Source: a virus. Taken from it: a stretch of 64,000 bases of DNA. The DNA lies in the IMG/VR virus record IMGVR_UViG_3300044846_001842, positions 1 through 64,000 of that record. The stretch is one strand, 5' to 3'. Each line of letters opens with the position of its first letter. The first letter of the stretch is position 1. Under the pieces are notes generated by a model. The model did not search any database. It saw only the letters and a list, made by a program, of their open reading frames with translations, and had not been told where the DNA came from. The position numbers were made by a program, and so were the translations under genes. Positions 28,752 through 41,800 of this stretch are shown piece after piece.

Positions 28752-30677
28752 ATGAAATCAAAAATGAATTTCAGAAAAAAATATGCTGCTGGTACTAATT
28801 TAGGTGGTATGGGAACTCCTGGTCAAATAACTTCTCCTAATGAGACTTTAAATGATTACAACATTATGTTAGCTAAAGCTAGTTCTGAAGCTATGAGTAA
28901 TCCTTGGTTACCTGTAGTATCTCTTATTGGAGGTCTTGCTCAACAAACTGTAGGAGGTCTTGCAGGTAAATTAGGTAAAAAATCTAATAGTAATACTCCT
29001 AATAGTACTAATACTAATGATATTAATGCTTCTTTAGGGGTAGGTGTTCAAGCTGCTATGGGTATGAATAATGTTCAACAAAATGTAGAAGTTGAAGGGG
29101 GAGAAATGTATGAAACACCACAAGGACAAGTAGGAGAATTTCAAGGGCCTACCCATGAAGAAGGAGGTATTCCATTAGAAGTAGGACAAGATGTAGAAGA
29201 AGGAACTAAAGTGTATTCTGATAGACTTAAAATAGGGAAGAAAACTCTTGCTGAAAGAAAAGCTACAAGAGAAAGACAAAAAGCTAATCTTGAAAAACAA
29301 GCTACTCAACCTAATATAGACCAAGCTCTTAAGAATGCACTTCAAAGAAAGATGGCAGCTCTTCAACAAGAAGAAGACATGGATTTACAATTCCAAGGTC
29401 AGGTTGATGAAATGCAACAAATGGCAGATATGGCAGTACAAGCTTTTGCTTATGGTACAAGCATGGAAGGTATTCAAGATAACTCTATAGAAGAGTCTAT
29501 GAGATATGGTTATGGTACAAATGCAGAAGGAATTAAAAAATATAGCACTGGAACTACTATTAATGGTATTCAGTATGATAAAAATGGTAATCCTATTATA
29601 GGTTTTGTAGATGGTTTTGGGATGAATGTAGATCAAACAGAACAAAATTTGCAACCTCTACAAGCAGGCTCTAATTTTAAATTTGAGACTGTAGATATGC
29701 CTACTTTAGATTTAAAAGTGCCTAATGTTGCAAAAGATGCTTTAAACTCTTCAAAATTTAAAGACTCTTTTGCTTTAAAAAGTGCAGGAGATGCTTGGGC
29801 AAATAAAAAAGAAAATCAATTACCTACAGGAGTCATAGACCCTTCTGTACCTGACAGTATAGATTATCAATCAGAAAATTTCCCTAATTTTAACAAAGGG
29901 GTCACTAGCCAAGAAGAACAAAGACCTAGTAAATTTAATACAATCTTATCAAAGTTAGGAGAGAGCACTCCTGGTATAGGGGACTTGACCAAACTTGCAG
30001 GTAACTATATGGGAATGACTGCAGGAACAAAAACTGCTTATGAGCAAAGAGCTTCTGATGTTACTCAGAAAAATACTTTTGCTAATGCAGGTAAAAAAGC
30101 TCAAGAATTGTATGACCAAGCTTTAAAAAATCTTGAAGGACAAAAAGCCCAAGCTTTACTTAAAAGTACTACTCAACAAAGAACTGCTCAAAGATCAGGT
30201 AGAAATAGTGCTAGAGGTATTAATCAAGTGAGAGCTATTGATTGGTTATATAATAGTGCTGCAACTACTGCAGCTAATGATATTGTAAATAATACTCAAG
30301 GACAGATTGCTCAGATATTCCAAGCAAAAGCAGGGGCTTCTATGAATGCAGATCAAATGGTAGGTACTGGAGAATACCAAGCTAATATGGCTAACATGGC
30401 TAGTAAAGATGCCTTCTATACTGCATTAGGTCAAGGAAGGAAAGATTTTGCTACAGGTCTGCAACAGACAGGTAAAGATCTTAATGATATGAAAGAGAAT
30501 AAGATTATACAAAATCTTATGAAAAACTATGGTAAATGGGTTGGTGCAAGTAATACTGGGGAATTAATGAACAAAGCTGGTATTACTCAAGACTCTAAGA
30601 CAAAACAATATAAAGATGCTAGTGGTAAAATACTAACTGAAGAAGAAGTACAAGCTGTATTATTAAAAGTAAAATAA
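28752..30677 (+). CDS. Ejected cargo protein
   Basis: VEVEGGE..GPTHEEGGI..VYSDRL motif, repeated YxxGT motifs, low-complexity helical sequence; first gene of the cargo cluster. Confidence 0.65.
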   Translation: MKSKMNFRKKYAAGTNLGGMGTPGQITSPNETLNDYNIMLAKASSEAMSNPWLPVVSLIGGLAQQTVGGLAGKLGKKSNSNTPNSTNTNDINASLGVGVQAAMGMNNVQQNVEVEGGEMYETPQGQVGEFQGPTHEEGGIPLEVGQDVEEGTKVYSDRLKIGKKTLAERKATRERQKANLEKQATQPNIDQALKNALQRKMAALQQEEDMDLQFQGQVDEMQQMADMAVQAFAYGTSMEGIQDNSIEESMRYGYGTNAEGIKKYSTGTTINGIQYDKNGNPIIGFVDGFGMNVDQTEQNLQPLQAGSNFKFETVDMPTLDLKVPNVAKDALNSSKFKDSFALKSAGDAWANKKENQLPTGVIDPSVPDSIDYQSENFPNFNKGVTSQEEQRPSKFNTILSKLGESTPGIGDLTKLAGNYMGMTAGTKTAYEQRASDVTQKNTFANAGKKAQELYDQALKNLEGQKAQALLKSTTQQRTAQRSGRNSARGINQVRAIDWLYNSAATTAANDIVNNTQGQIAQIFQAKAGASMNADQMVGTGEYQANMANMASKDAFYTALGQGRKDFATGLQQTGKDLNDMKENKIIQNLMKNYGKWVGASNTGELMNKAGITQDSKTKQYKDASGKILTEEEVQAVLLKVK

Positions 30678-30683
30678 TAAATC

Positions 30684-32831
30684 ATGGGACAATTTTATAA
30701 AGGAACAGAAGCTACATTTATTGATGATGCAATGTTTAAACTTCCTTATGAATTAATGGGAGTTGTCATTGACAAAAAAGATAAAGCTATAGATGATACT
30801 ATTGGGCAATACCAAGGGTATTTAGATAAGCTAAAAGCTGATGTTTTAGAACAAGACTCTCCTGAATTAAGAGCCACTATAAAACAGTATCAAGATAAAA
30901 TTGATACTGCTGTGCAAGGCATTATGGCAAACCCTATGGACTATCAAAAGTTTACTCCAGGTATAACTACTCTTGCAAGAGATATATCAAACACTTGGAG
31001 TTCTACAGGTAAAGTAGGAACTATGGAAGCTAATAAGAAAAAGGTTCTAGCTGAGTATGAAGCTATTGATAAACTCCATGAAAAAGATCCTAAAGCTTAT
31101 GATGCTAATTATGTGACCTTAGAAAAACAAAAAATACTTTCTAAGTACAAAGGAGTTCAGTGGAATGAAGAAAAACAGAAAGCTGAAGGCACTCCTGATA
31201 TAGCATCTTCTTACTATGGTTTAGAGGTAGATGAGAAATGGTTAGCACACATGAAAGCTACAGGAGTAGAGACAGTACAAGATACACCAGGAGGACCATG
31301 GGTATATAGACACAAAGATTCTAGAAAAACTTTAACTCCTTCAGAAATCCAAAATGCTTATATTACTTATGCTCAAACAGATACAGCAGCTCAAGCTGCT
31401 TTAGAAAGAAGAAAATCATTAGGAGATCCTGACTTTCAAGATGTAGGATTGAATTCTATTTATATGAAAGTTCCACAACTTGATGCACAAGGTAAGGGAG
31501 TTTATGAAAATGGGGAATTAAAAACTAAAACAGTTCTAAACCCTAATAACTTTTGGGCTAAAAGAATGTCTTTAGCATCTCAAGTTTACAAACAAAATGA
31601 TACTAGTGTTGAAGATACTCTTTCTAATAATGAAGGGTACTGGAAACAATGGCAAAGAGGAAATGAATTAGAAGATAAAGCTAAAGAAAACATAACTGCA
31701 GAGACTGTAGATAGCACTCTTATTACTGCTAGAGATGCAACTGTTAAAGCTTTAGGAAGTAGTTGGACTGCTTCTACTCAAAAGGTAAATTCTACTGTAA
31801 CTAATGCTTTAGAGATTGCAAAACAGTTAAAAATAACTGGGCCAGAATCTTTGAAACAAATAAAAAATGGTAACTTTACTGCTTTAAGAAAAGCTGGAGC
31901 TAATAAAGACGGAATGTCTGCAACTATAGATCAATTAGAGAAATCCTATAAAAGAGCAAATGCAGAAAAGCAACTTACTAATGCAAGTATTCAGGCTTTT
32001 AAAGCAACTCTACCTGCTAACTTACAAAAGGTAATGGATAAACCAGGTTGGGATAATGATAAAGCTCTTTCAGATGCTTATTCACTTTACACTGAAAAAG
32101 CAAAAGCTGAAGGAAGATTTAATCAAAACAATGAAGAACTTCAGGTTACAAGTATGAATGGTATGGACATGGATAAAAATACTAAAGAATCTTTTAAAAA
32201 GGTTATAGTAGATGACATGGACAAGTTCCAATTCAAATTAGATGAAAGTAAAATTTATGAATCTGCTAGTGGAACTAAATTAGTATTTAGTAAAGACCCA
32301 TCTAAGATAGGGAAAACAGGAACATATCAAGGACAAAATGTTACTTTTGTAAAGAATACAGGAATACACTCTTTATCAGAGTTGCAACAATTAGGGATTG
32401 TTTCTAAAGCAGTTGCTACAGTAAAAAGTGGAACAACAGCTAAACCTGTAGTTAAATACAGTTTCTTTGAAAATGGAAAAGAAGTAGGAATGGATGTAGC
32501 TGAAGATACTTTTGGAGTAGTTAAAAACTTAGATAATAGTGGACAAGCTAATATGGGAGTTCATATTCAAATGGGTAAGAATACTTTAAGAGCAACTTTA
32601 GGAGTTAATCAAATAACAAGTCCTCAAGTACAAAATTGGTTTGCAGCTAATGATGATAATCTTTATTTAGAAAATCAAAGAACTAAAACTAACTGGGGAG
32701 TTATTGATATGACTAAAAAGGATGGTGGACAAGTTTACAGAGCTAACAAAGGAAAGTATTCTATTAATGGAGTAGAAAGAACAGATGCTGCAAGTATTAA
32801 AATAATTCAGCAAGCTGTAATGGGATTATAA
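30684..32831 (+). CDS. Ejected cargo protein
   Basis: FKLPYELM N-terminal motif; helical; directly upstream of the vRNAP. Confidence 0.55.
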   Translation: MGQFYKGTEATFIDDAMFKLPYELMGVVIDKKDKAIDDTIGQYQGYLDKLKADVLEQDSPELRATIKQYQDKIDTAVQGIMANPMDYQKFTPGITTLARDISNTWSSTGKVGTMEANKKKVLAEYEAIDKLHEKDPKAYDANYVTLEKQKILSKYKGVQWNEEKQKAEGTPDIASSYYGLEVDEKWLAHMKATGVETVQDTPGGPWVYRHKDSRKTLTPSEIQNAYITYAQTDTAAQAALERRKSLGDPDFQDVGLNSIYMKVPQLDAQGKGVYENGELKTKTVLNPNNFWAKRMSLASQVYKQNDTSVEDTLSNNEGYWKQWQRGNELEDKAKENITAETVDSTLITARDATVKALGSSWTASTQKVNSTVTNALEIAKQLKITGPESLKQIKNGNFTALRKAGANKDGMSATIDQLEKSYKRANAEKQLTNASIQAFKATLPANLQKVMDKPGWDNDKALSDAYSLYTEKAKAEGRFNQNNEELQVTSMNGMDMDKNTKESFKKVIVDDMDKFQFKLDESKIYESASGTKLVFSKDPSKIGKTGTYQGQNVTFVKNTGIHSLSELQQLGIVSKAVATVKSGTTAKPVVKYSFFENGKEVGMDVAEDTFGVVKNLDNSGQANMGVHIQMGKNTLRATLGVNQITSPQVQNWFAANDDNLYLENQRTKTNWGVIDMTKKDGGQVYRANKGKYSINGVERTDAASIKIIQQAVMGL

Positions 32832-32852
32832 TAAAACTAAAAAGAAAGTAAA

Positions 32853-35800
32853 ATGACATTTCCATCAAGAAAAATTTTAACTAGATTTCAACAAATCCAA
32901 CAGGAGGAAGCTAACAAAGATAAAGGTATCTCTTCTGCTACAGGTCAAGGACTAAGTTTTGATGAAATCAGATCTGTAGATACTTCTTTAAATAATAAAG
33001 ATATTAGTACTATTTCTAAGTTTGTAGATAAAGGAGAAAGAGACTTAAGGGAATTCAATGCTTCTGAAGCAAGAAAAGAAATGGAGAAGCATGCTAAACA
33101 GCAAGCTATTGAAGGAGATAAACTTTACTCTACTTATGCCCAGCAAACTTCTTCTGAAGAAGCTATGTCTTTAATGGATGATAATAATAAGATAAAAAAT
33201 CTTGAAGAAAAAAGTTGGGCTACTGCTTATAGTAGAAATGCTAAATTTTATGATGACAGTAAACCTTGGTATGAAAGTGTCAATGTAGCTGCACCTATTA
33301 TAAAAGCAGCAGGTTTTCTTAGTGAAATTGCTAATGATTTATTTTCTGATAAAAAGATAGGTCTTTCTAAAAAAGAAACTCAAGAGTTAGCTAAGTTAAA
33401 AGAGCAGACTAGAGTAAAACTACAACCTACTTTAGACATTCTTAAAACACAGTATGACACTGAAAAGAAAAGACTTCAAGATTTAAAACTTAAAGCTCAT
33501 ATAGAATTAGGTAAAAAAACAGGAGGGGGTGCTTATACAGGCAATATTACTACTGATGAAATAGATGACTTAACTACAGCTATTGCTAAATATGACAAAT
33601 TAGGTACTCAGTTAACTGATTATCAATCTGGTAAAGCTGGATTTTGGGATGGACTTGGTACACAAAAAGAAGATCTACTTACACTAGGTCTTTATTCATT
33701 AGGAGAAAATTTACATGTTGCTAGAATAAAAGATAAATCAGATAGAATTGAAAAAGATAAAGTAGCAAATTCTAAAAATCCTAGTTATGTACCTAAAGAA
33801 AAACTGACTCCTTCTGAGTATGCTGTCTTAGAATCTGAAGGGTATACACAAGAGTTAGAAAGCAAAAATTTATTTGAAGGTAAGTTAGGATATACTTGGG
33901 GAGCTGGAGTTGGACAGTCTTTAGTTATGCTAGAGCAAACTGCAGCTACAGGAGGTTTTGGTGCTGCTGTTGAAAAAACTGTTGCTGAAAGTATTCTTTC
34001 AGGAAGTATGAACACTACTTTAAGAGAAGCTTGGCAACAAGGTGGTACTAAACTTATGTTATCTACTTTAGGAGCTAAAAGTGCTGGAGGTATAGCTAAT
34101 GTTGCAGGTACTTCTGCTATAAGTCCTGGTGCTGCTAGTATGGCAGCTAAACATCATATTGGTAATATTGAATTTGTCACTGATGAAAAAGGTAAAAAGA
34201 AACTATTAGTTGGGGAAGAAAGATACAACTATTACAAAAAAGACTTTGACAAAAGGGTAGACTTAGTAGGGTATGAAATTGAAAACCTTGAGAAAAAACA
34301 AAAAAGAACTGAAGCAGAAGAGCAAAAACTTCAAGGTTTAAAAGATGGATTAGAAAATTTAAAAGAAGAATTTGATACTTTATACAAACCTGAAAGCTGG
34401 GCTGAGTCAGGATGGTATGGTTTTACTGAAACTGCAAAAGAAAACTTTTCTGAAAAGTATGTTGGTGATGCTTTGCCAGGGGTGGCTAATAATATGCTTA
34501 CTAGAAGAATTGCTAAAACTCAAGTAGGAGGAAAAATTGCAAAAGGAGCTACAGAGTTAGGAGAGAAGTTTTCTCAGTCTACAGCAGGAAAAGTTATTAC
34601 AGCTCCTCTTAAAGGATATAATGCTGCAAGAAATGTAGTAAACAACTTGGCTTTAGGTAAGTTATCTAATGAAGCTATTGCTCATACAGGACAAGCTAGT
34701 CTTATTAGCAGTTTACCTGGAGAAATAGCTGAAGAGGTATGGAATCAATTTATGCCAACTTATAAACAAGATTATGCTGAGCAATTAGAAGAACTAAAGA
34801 ATGCTTCTTTCTATAGAGATGTAGTTGCTCAAACTCTTATTATGGGTGGAGGTTTTGCTGGAGTAGGTATGGCTATGAGAGGCAGAAATTATCTTAGTGA
34901 TAAAGCTAGATTGAAAGAAATGTATAAGAGTTTAGATGCTTCAATAACTGATGATGATGTAGCACAAAGCATTCTTATGAATACAGGAGGTACTTTGTAC
35001 AGTCCTTTAGATTATGACCACAAAATAATGCAGTTAAGAAAACAAAATACTGCAGAGTCTCATAACCAAGCTAATAAAATGGAGCAAAACAAGTTTACAA
35101 ACTTGGCTGCTATGGCTATTAGAACAGGTACAGTTGACAACTTTAAAAAGAGTTTAGAAGGAATTCTAAGTAAGAAAGATGTTAGTGATCAAACTAAACA
35201 GAATGTTGCTTTAGCTCAAGGTAGAATTGATAGTCTTATGGAAGTTTATGACAAACATTCTGAGAAAGATAACTTTGCAACTATCTTTGACCTATCTGAA
35301 AGAAAACTTGCTAATGAGCAAACAGTAGGTTTAATTAATGAAAACCTAGCTAAACAAAAAGAAGGGGCTAAAGAAGAAGTTGATGCTTTTTTATTAAGAA
35401 ATAACATGTCTGTAGACTATGATATAGATCATTTACTAGATGCTGATTATAATGACCAAGGAAATAATCCAGAGTATGTTAGTTTTATTGAAGCTCTTAA
35501 CAAAGAAAACTTAACTAGAGTTCAAACTTATGGGGCATTGCTTGTTGAAAAAGCTGGTTTTCAAATGGATAATGTAAATTTATTGAAAGAAATAAATGAT
35601 CAAACTAGTCCATTGTATGAAGAAAGAGTTAAAATAAAACAAGGTATTAACCAAGTTTATGAAAAGACTTTAGAGAAATATCAAAAATCTATTTTGACTT
35701 CTGACAAAGCTGAATTCAATTACAACAATGAGTTGCAAGAGTCTCCAGAATTAGCTGAAGAAGTTATGGCTAAAGTCAAAGAGCAATACAAAGGAAGAGT

Positions 35801-38800
35801 TGATGCAGAGTTTTTTGATGAGGTATTACAAAAAAGAAAAGATGTTCTTGAGATTAAAGAATTAAGAAAACAACAACAACTTCAACAAGATAACTTAAAA
35901 AAATTACTTGCTGGTAGAGAGGCTAAAACTCAACCTTTTAATCCGGAGACAGGAGAAGAAAATATACCTGCTATAATTCCTCCTGGCACTACGGTTACTG
36001 TGGTAGATGATATTGCTGAAAATGAACATCAAAACTTTGTTGAAGAGTCTGTTAATGCTTTGACAGATGTTTTTCCAGTAGATGCTAATACTCCTATTGT
36101 GGCTCCAAATGCTATAGAGACTCCTGATGCAATTATTATAGATGACTCAGAATTTGATTTGTCTTTGACTAATTATACTCCAGAGCAAAGTGCTGCAGCT
36201 AAAGCTTTTACTCAAGATGCTATAGAAAGAATTGAAACTAGGTTAGGAAGAAAACCTACCTTTAGAGAATTTATTGAGCAAACTTATAAGTATGCTTCTA
36301 ACAAAGAAGCTATTAAATCTTTATTCCCTCACATGATTAAAGGGTGGGAAGATAATGGTTATGCCAAAGAGAATTATTGGGATGTGTACAATGACTTATT
36401 CAATCCTTTTGAAAATGCTGTTACTGAATACTTAAAAGGTATGCAGAATATTTTTGAGATAGAAATGCCTGTAGAAGAAAAAGACATTTATTCTGAATTT
36501 GAAGAAAAACAAGCAGAAGTTGAAAAGCAAGTAGTGGCTAAAACTACTTCTGTTGTGACTTATGATGAAGAGAATATGGCAGTAGTAACTGTAGCTCAAA
36601 CTGAACAAGAGATAAGAAACAACTTAGCAATTACTCCTAAGATGGGATATACTGCTTTAGGGTCTATAACCTCTGTAGATGAAGCTGGCAACATTACTAA
36701 AAGACCTGCAGGTACTGAATTGACTTATCAAGAAGGAGATGTAGTAGACTCTAGAGATTTACTAGACCCAAATAAATTTCCAACAGGAACTAAAGTCTCT
36801 GTAGAAATTGGGGATGAATCTTTATGGAACAAAGTCATTGCCACTAATGGTAGAAATGAAAAAGGAGAATTACAGTTTACTACTTTTGATAAGTGGGTAA
36901 AAGAAAGACAAGACAAAGATCCTAACTTTAGAAATACTCAGGAGTTCATAGATAAAGTTCCTATGTTTTATGTTGATAAGACAGGAAAAAGAATAGCTTA
37001 TGTACAAGAAGTAGATAAGTTTGATGCTTACTCTGTGCCTAATCCAAAGGGAAGCTCTAAGAATCCACAGAAAGCTGCTCAAGATCTTGCATGGTCTAAC
37101 CAAATACAAAGAGCCAAAGACAATGCCAGAGATTTGAGAAATAACATTAATGCAGGTTTAAAAGAAGTGTCTATCACTAAGAGTGAAGATGGCCCTTTTA
37201 ATAAGTTGCCTTTGACTATGACTAAAATTTCTGTAAAAGAAGCTAACCCTCAAGCTGTATTAGTAGTACAAAGAGGTACAGATTTGCACATAGGTTTTAG
37301 TAAAAAATTCCCAGGCAAAGTAATTGATAGACAATTATTTAATGCTGGAGAAGGAGGCACTAATGGTAACACTTGGGCAATGTGTCAAATAGGTACTATT
37401 AGAAATGATAAAGGAGAAGTAGTACCACAATACAGAGCATATCCTCTTTTAAGAGAAGTACCTGATGTTCAAGTTGAAACTGCTAGATGGGCTCTAGCTG
37501 CTCACATGACTTTATCAGGAATGACTGATAAGATAAAAGACACAGAGTTTGACATGACAAGAGAGGATGCAGAAAGAATCCAAGCACAAATAAATAAACA
37601 CATGGGATTCAATATTGAATCTCACTTAGAAGCTGTTTCTTTTATCAAAACTTTCTTTCAGACTTATTCTCAAGGGGATAAGATTAGTTCTTATGTAGAT
37701 ACTTTATTTAATAGAGAAGAAGCACCTAACTTAAGACAGCACACTAATCTTAAATTATTAGATACTTCTCATAAAATTGTAGAGATCCAAAATGGTAAAG
37801 TGACTTCTACAGATAAGACTTATAAAGAGTACTTAATGGAAAACTTAACTACTAACATTAAATCTTTAAATGTTGGTACTGAAGAAAAACCTATATATGC
37901 TACTAACATTCATCCTACTATTACTATTGACTATGTACCTTTAGTAGAAAATCCTGGTACTCAACAAGTTCAAGAAAAGCAAGCAGAAACTACACAGTTA
38001 GCAGAAACTATAAAACAAGAAACTACTATAGACATTGCTCAGCATGAGAAATTTTTAGAGGGGTTGAATATTAGTTTAGATGATTTTGAAGTAAGTGATG
38101 ATATGATTGCCGGGACTGATAAGTTGGCTAACTTATTTAAAACAACTGGTAACTTAAACATTCTTCAAGAAAAAGCTATAAGACAATTTATTGTTCACAG
38201 CATTGGGGAAAAAGTAAGTATGGAGTACAAGTCTAATGTTTTAAAAGCAGTACTTAAAGATGCTGTTAAAAAAGAACTAGGAGAAGTGCTAGTCAACTTA
38301 AATAGTCAAATAAAGGATTTACTTGCTCAAGTGAATAATACTTCTTCTACAGACCCTAAAGTGGCTTTGTTGAAAGAAGCTTACACTACTACTTTACAAA
38401 ACATTAAAGACATCAATTCTAATTTTACTGATTTGTTTGACAAGTCTTTTGCTGATATTCAAAAGCAAACTCAACTTGTAGAAAAAGAAAAAGAAGTTGA
38501 GAATGAAAATGACAGTGAAGAAACTTTAAGTGTAAAAGATTATAATAAAGAATCTATTGAAGAGTCTGGGAAATCTAAAGCTTCTTATAGACTTAGAAGA
38601 TTTTTACATAAAATCAATAAGTATAATACTAAAGGAGTAGCTCAAACTACTTATTTAGGGTTGCCTTCTTATATGACATTCAATGATGTGTATAATGAAT
38701 TAAGCAAAGTTTTAAGTATGGGTTCTGAATTAGAGTCTGACTATAGTAAACTTATTGAAAAATTAAAACAAAGTGAGGCTCCTTTTGTCAAAGAAATTGT

Positions 38801-41800
38801 TGCTAAATTAGAGAATGCAGATCAACAAATTAAAAATGAGTTTGTTTACAATTTTGTAAGACACACTCTTTCTTCTAAGTTTGGTATGTATGAGAATGTT
38901 AATGGAGAAACCACTCTTAAGATGTACAATACTAATGCCAATGAAGCAAATAGAATTGTAACTAACAAGTGGAAAAATGACAATATGGTTTCAGGTCTTT
39001 ACAATAAGAATGGAACTGTAAATGTTACTTTTGCAGAAAAATTGATAACAGAGTTTGAGTCTTGGGATAAAGATTATACAAAAGTTGACCAAAAAGATTT
39101 GAGAGGTTGGTTAGGTAAGTTAGGTATAACTTTTCAAGATGCTGCTTGGAATCAAATTTATGAAAAAGGTATTTACAATTCTCAAAGAGAGACTCCTTTC
39201 AAAGATTTGTATACTGTAGAAGGGGGTGGGTTATTCATTCCTATAGTTAAGTTTTTAACTCAAGCTAAAAACAATCCAGAGAAAATGAAGTTTGATATTA
39301 ACTCAAACATTTTCTCTGACTTAGGTGGAGTTACTAAAGCTTTAACTTTAGTTGAAACTAAGTATAACCCTAATCTTATTGCTTTATCTTTTAGAGATAC
39401 AGGGAAAAACATTTCTACTCTTGTACCTACAAAGTACATAACAGATATGGTTGAGAACTTAAAAAGAGCTGTAGGAGATGATTCTAATACATTGATTCAA
39501 GACTTAAAAGCTTTGTCTTTCTCTGAAGACTCTGTTATATTAGATTTACTTGAAAATGTACCTGCATTCAAAAGTTTATTTAAAGTTCATCATGTAGGAT
39601 TGACTTCTATTAAAGAAAGAGGAGAGAACCCTAACAAAGCAGGTATTACAGACTTAAGTGATATTGATTTTGACATGAATGCTTTGGCAGGATTTCAAGA
39701 TAGAAAAGTAGATAAACTTCCTCCAGGAACTAAGATTGAAGGCATCAATATGAGAATGGCACACATGCTATCTCCAACTATGTCTGATAAGAGTACTGGT
39801 CTTTATATAGAAACTGCTGTCTTTGATTTTATGAAAGACAAATCTCTTTTATTCAATGTAGAAGAGGATGGTTCTGTAACTGGATTTAAGATTGCTCTTA
39901 AAGAATTGTTGTTTGAAAAACTAGTACTTCCTGAGTTAAAAAGAATTGTAAAATTCCATAGAACTGTAGGAGGAACTAACATTAAGAATTATGATAATGG
40001 AGCACAATTATTTCATTTGTTGCCTGTTATGAATACTTTAAAAGCTGAAGATGGGACTAGGATTCTAGAAAAATTAGCTGACCCTGTGTTAAATTATAGC
40101 ATAGAAGAAGCTATGGAAGAATTTGGACCTATCTTTCAAAATGCTATTGAAGATGTAGTTAATCAAGAAGTTGCTCACAAAAAACAATCTTGGGCCCCAT
40201 ATACAGAAACTGTAAATGGTAAGACTACATCTAAACTTTTTGATAAAACTTATTTTACTGAGGGGGATATTAAAAGAGATCCTAGTGTAGACCATGACTT
40301 AGCAATCATTGACTTTGTTTTAAATAACATGCTTTTCAATGCTGAGATGTTTAAAGTATTTGCAGGAGATGTTGCTAACTACAGTCAAGACAAAGTATAT
40401 ACTGAAGAAAGAGAAAACAGAGAAACTGGCAAAAAAGAAAATCAAAGAGTTGCTCCTTGGGAAATCAAGAGTGATGAAGCCTACATTTCAATCAATAAAC
40501 AAATTGGAACTAATCTTGGTAAGAGGTTAGCTTTACTTATTGCTCCGGGTAACAAAGTGGCTAACTCAAGAAATGAAAGTTACAATCAAATCTTTTTAGA
40601 GGATTCTGTAGACATTACAGAAAATGCTAGCTATTTGATTAAAAACTATTATGGAGAAGAAGCTTTAACAAAAGCTACACCTACTCTTGACAAATACAAT
40701 GAAGCAGCTAGGTTATTAGATAAACACCAACAAGGTGCTATCACTTTGGCTCCAGAGGTTTACACTGAAGTTGTAAATACTATGAAAGAAGCAAGAGACA
40801 AACTGTCAAAAGACTTTGCTGACTTGTCTGCATACTTTGATATTGAGTCTACTGATGCACAAGAGTATTCAACTGCTGCAGAACATATTTCTTTATTACA
40901 CAGAATGGGAAGACTTACTGATAAAGAAAAAGCTACTATTAGTGCTAAATTAGACAAAGGAGAAATCCTAACTAAAGAAGAGTTAAATGTAGTTTTCCAA
41001 CCTATTAAACCTGTTCACACAGGGACTTATATCAATAAAGATATGGATGTGAACAGAGTAGTTTACATTAAATCTTCAGCTTTTCCTCTGTTACCTCAGC
41101 TTACTGCAGGTACTAAATTAGAAGGACTGAGAAATAAGATGGAAGAACTAGAAAAATCTACAGGTAGATTCACTAGAGCTTCTTTTCAAACTGCTAACAA
41201 GGTAGGTGCTACTAAGAAGACAATCAATCCTTTTGATGTAAATTCTCTTTTAGATATAAGAGAGTATTCAGAGACTGATGTAAACAGTAGTGTTCTAACT
41301 CTTAAAAGAGATAACTTTAGAATACAACAAGATGTACCTTTCAAATCTGATAAAGCTCAAGATGACAAAGTATCTATGGGAACTCAGTTTTTCAAACTTC
41401 TTTTTGGAGATGGAGTAATTGAAGAATATAAAGAAGAAGAAAGAGATAAATATGCTACTTTTTCTTTAGATGGAAAAATGGTTACTGGTAAAGAATTGTA
41501 TCAACACTACAATAAAGCTTTTAAGGATATAGTTGACAGTAAAAAGAAAACTTTATTTAATGAGTTAGGTTTAGATAATAATGGAAATGTAGTAGATCAA
41601 AATCAGTTTATGGTTAAGCTACAAGACCTTTTAATCAAAGAAGCTACTAGTAGAGGTTACAGTCTTAAGTCTTTAGCAGGACTAAAGATAGAGCAGTTAC
41701 AAGCTAAAGCTGGTATTTACTATGAATTTAAAACTCCATTGTGGTTGTCTTCTGATAGTAACAGATATGAATCATTATTGAATGCTATCATTACTAACAG

